From positions 7,130,001-7,194,000 of the forward strand of contig CM060733.1 in the NCBI GenBank assembly GCA_030704615.1: DNA of 64,000 bases, in the 5' to 3' direction. The stretch is from Takakia lepidozioides (taxonomy: Eukaryota; Plantae; Bryophyta). The position numbers and the translations under genes were made by a program. The notes below the pieces were generated by a model, which did not search any database, was not told the origin of the DNA, and saw nothing but the letters and a program-made list of their open reading frames with translations. Of the stretch, positions 62,903-64,000 are shown in pieces (the first letter of the stretch is position 1; each line of letters begins with the position of its first letter).

Positions 62903-64000
62903 TCTGGGTGTTAGTACATTGAACGAAAACATCAGTTTAACCCTCGTAGGTGTCGCAAATGCTGTGAACAAGAGAGCTGGACATAGTACTTTTCTCATGT
63001 GTGGGTTTTCTTTAATGACAGGTGGAATTTGAAGACTGGTTGAAGCAAGGAGATATAAAGAGTACGATATGCGAGGAAGTTCAAAGAGAGTGTCCTGACA
63101 TCTTGGTCATGGGAAGCCATAGCCCATTGGTCATGGCTTTGGCACATTGCAACAGAATTGCATACTCTAACGACTAGCAGCCATAGTGTTTGAACGATAA
63201 TCAATACTGCTTGGTGTCTATATATTTCTGGTAGGATATTCACAAACTAAAAAGTTCCTTGAGCATTGCTGTCAGAATTTCTACCAATTGTGGGATGATG
63301 GCATCTGCATTCTTATTAACCGTGAGAAAGAAATATATTTTTTGGATTTACGATGTTTTTTTTACGATCTGTCATAGGTATGCCTATAAGAGTTTCTAGA
63401 GTGGGTTCATAAGACATAACAGGGATGGAGGATGCCTAATATGGACTTTGTCAATGCCCATGCAAGTGAATTATGAATCCAAATGTGACAAGAGTAGTTT
63501 GTTATTAGTGAGTCAACCGGTCATGTGCTGTGAAGAGGCCATTGCTGGGCCAAGACTGCTTATTTTTTGCCACTTGACAAAAAATATTTTGATAAATTCT
63601 CCAAAAATATGATTGGTCGTAGGGCTCAAGGTTCACATAAGCATTTTGATTGGTTCAACTTTGGCAACACTCTGCCATTCTTCTTGCGCGAAACAACGAA
63701 ACAGGAGATGTGTATTTTACAATTTTTTAATCCCTGCCCGGACTGCCTGCCCGAGAATGGCCAATACACCAAATTTTCCCAGAACGTGCCGGGTCTGCCC
63801 GGTTCTTGAAGTTGTTGCAGTTTTTAAACTGCAGGAGCTCTGCGTTTTCCGCCATCGTTCACCTTGCAATGAACGTTGATAATCCTTGTGAGTAGGCGGC
63901 TTCCCAATCACTGACGACGTTTCTTCTTCGATTTGACTCTCCTGGTAAAACCAAGCATTTCTGATCCTCCTAGTGGGAAACCTCTTAAGCTCCATAGATC

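Overview
Nuclear genomic DNA from a land plant, most likely a non-seed plant such as a bryophyte; the taxon is inferred, not established. About half the window is decayed transposons: a Ty3/Gypsy remnant with an internal inversion, a PIF/Harbinger transposase beside a ~191-bp satellite, a large Gypsy element with two nested insertions, LINE fragments, Helitron-like ends and a foldback-type element. Host genes are an F-box pseudogene, a RING E3 ligase, an intact 3-exon KAI2-family alpha/beta-hydrolase and a cluster of PLS-PPR/DYW RNA-editing genes. Two results stand out. (1) Small upstream exons missed by the ORF track splice in frame onto the PPR-DYW ORF and encode a PDF motif, the ssDNA-binding motif of plant organellar OSB proteins. 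This predicts a 797-aa leader/PDF/PLS-PPR/E/DYW protein (49116-45865, minus strand), and the same exons recur in two paralogs plus one orphan copy. (2) The large Gypsy element carries a C5 DNA cytosine methyltransferase domain (motifs I, II, IV, VI, VIII, IX, X recognisable) between its protease and reverse transcriptase.
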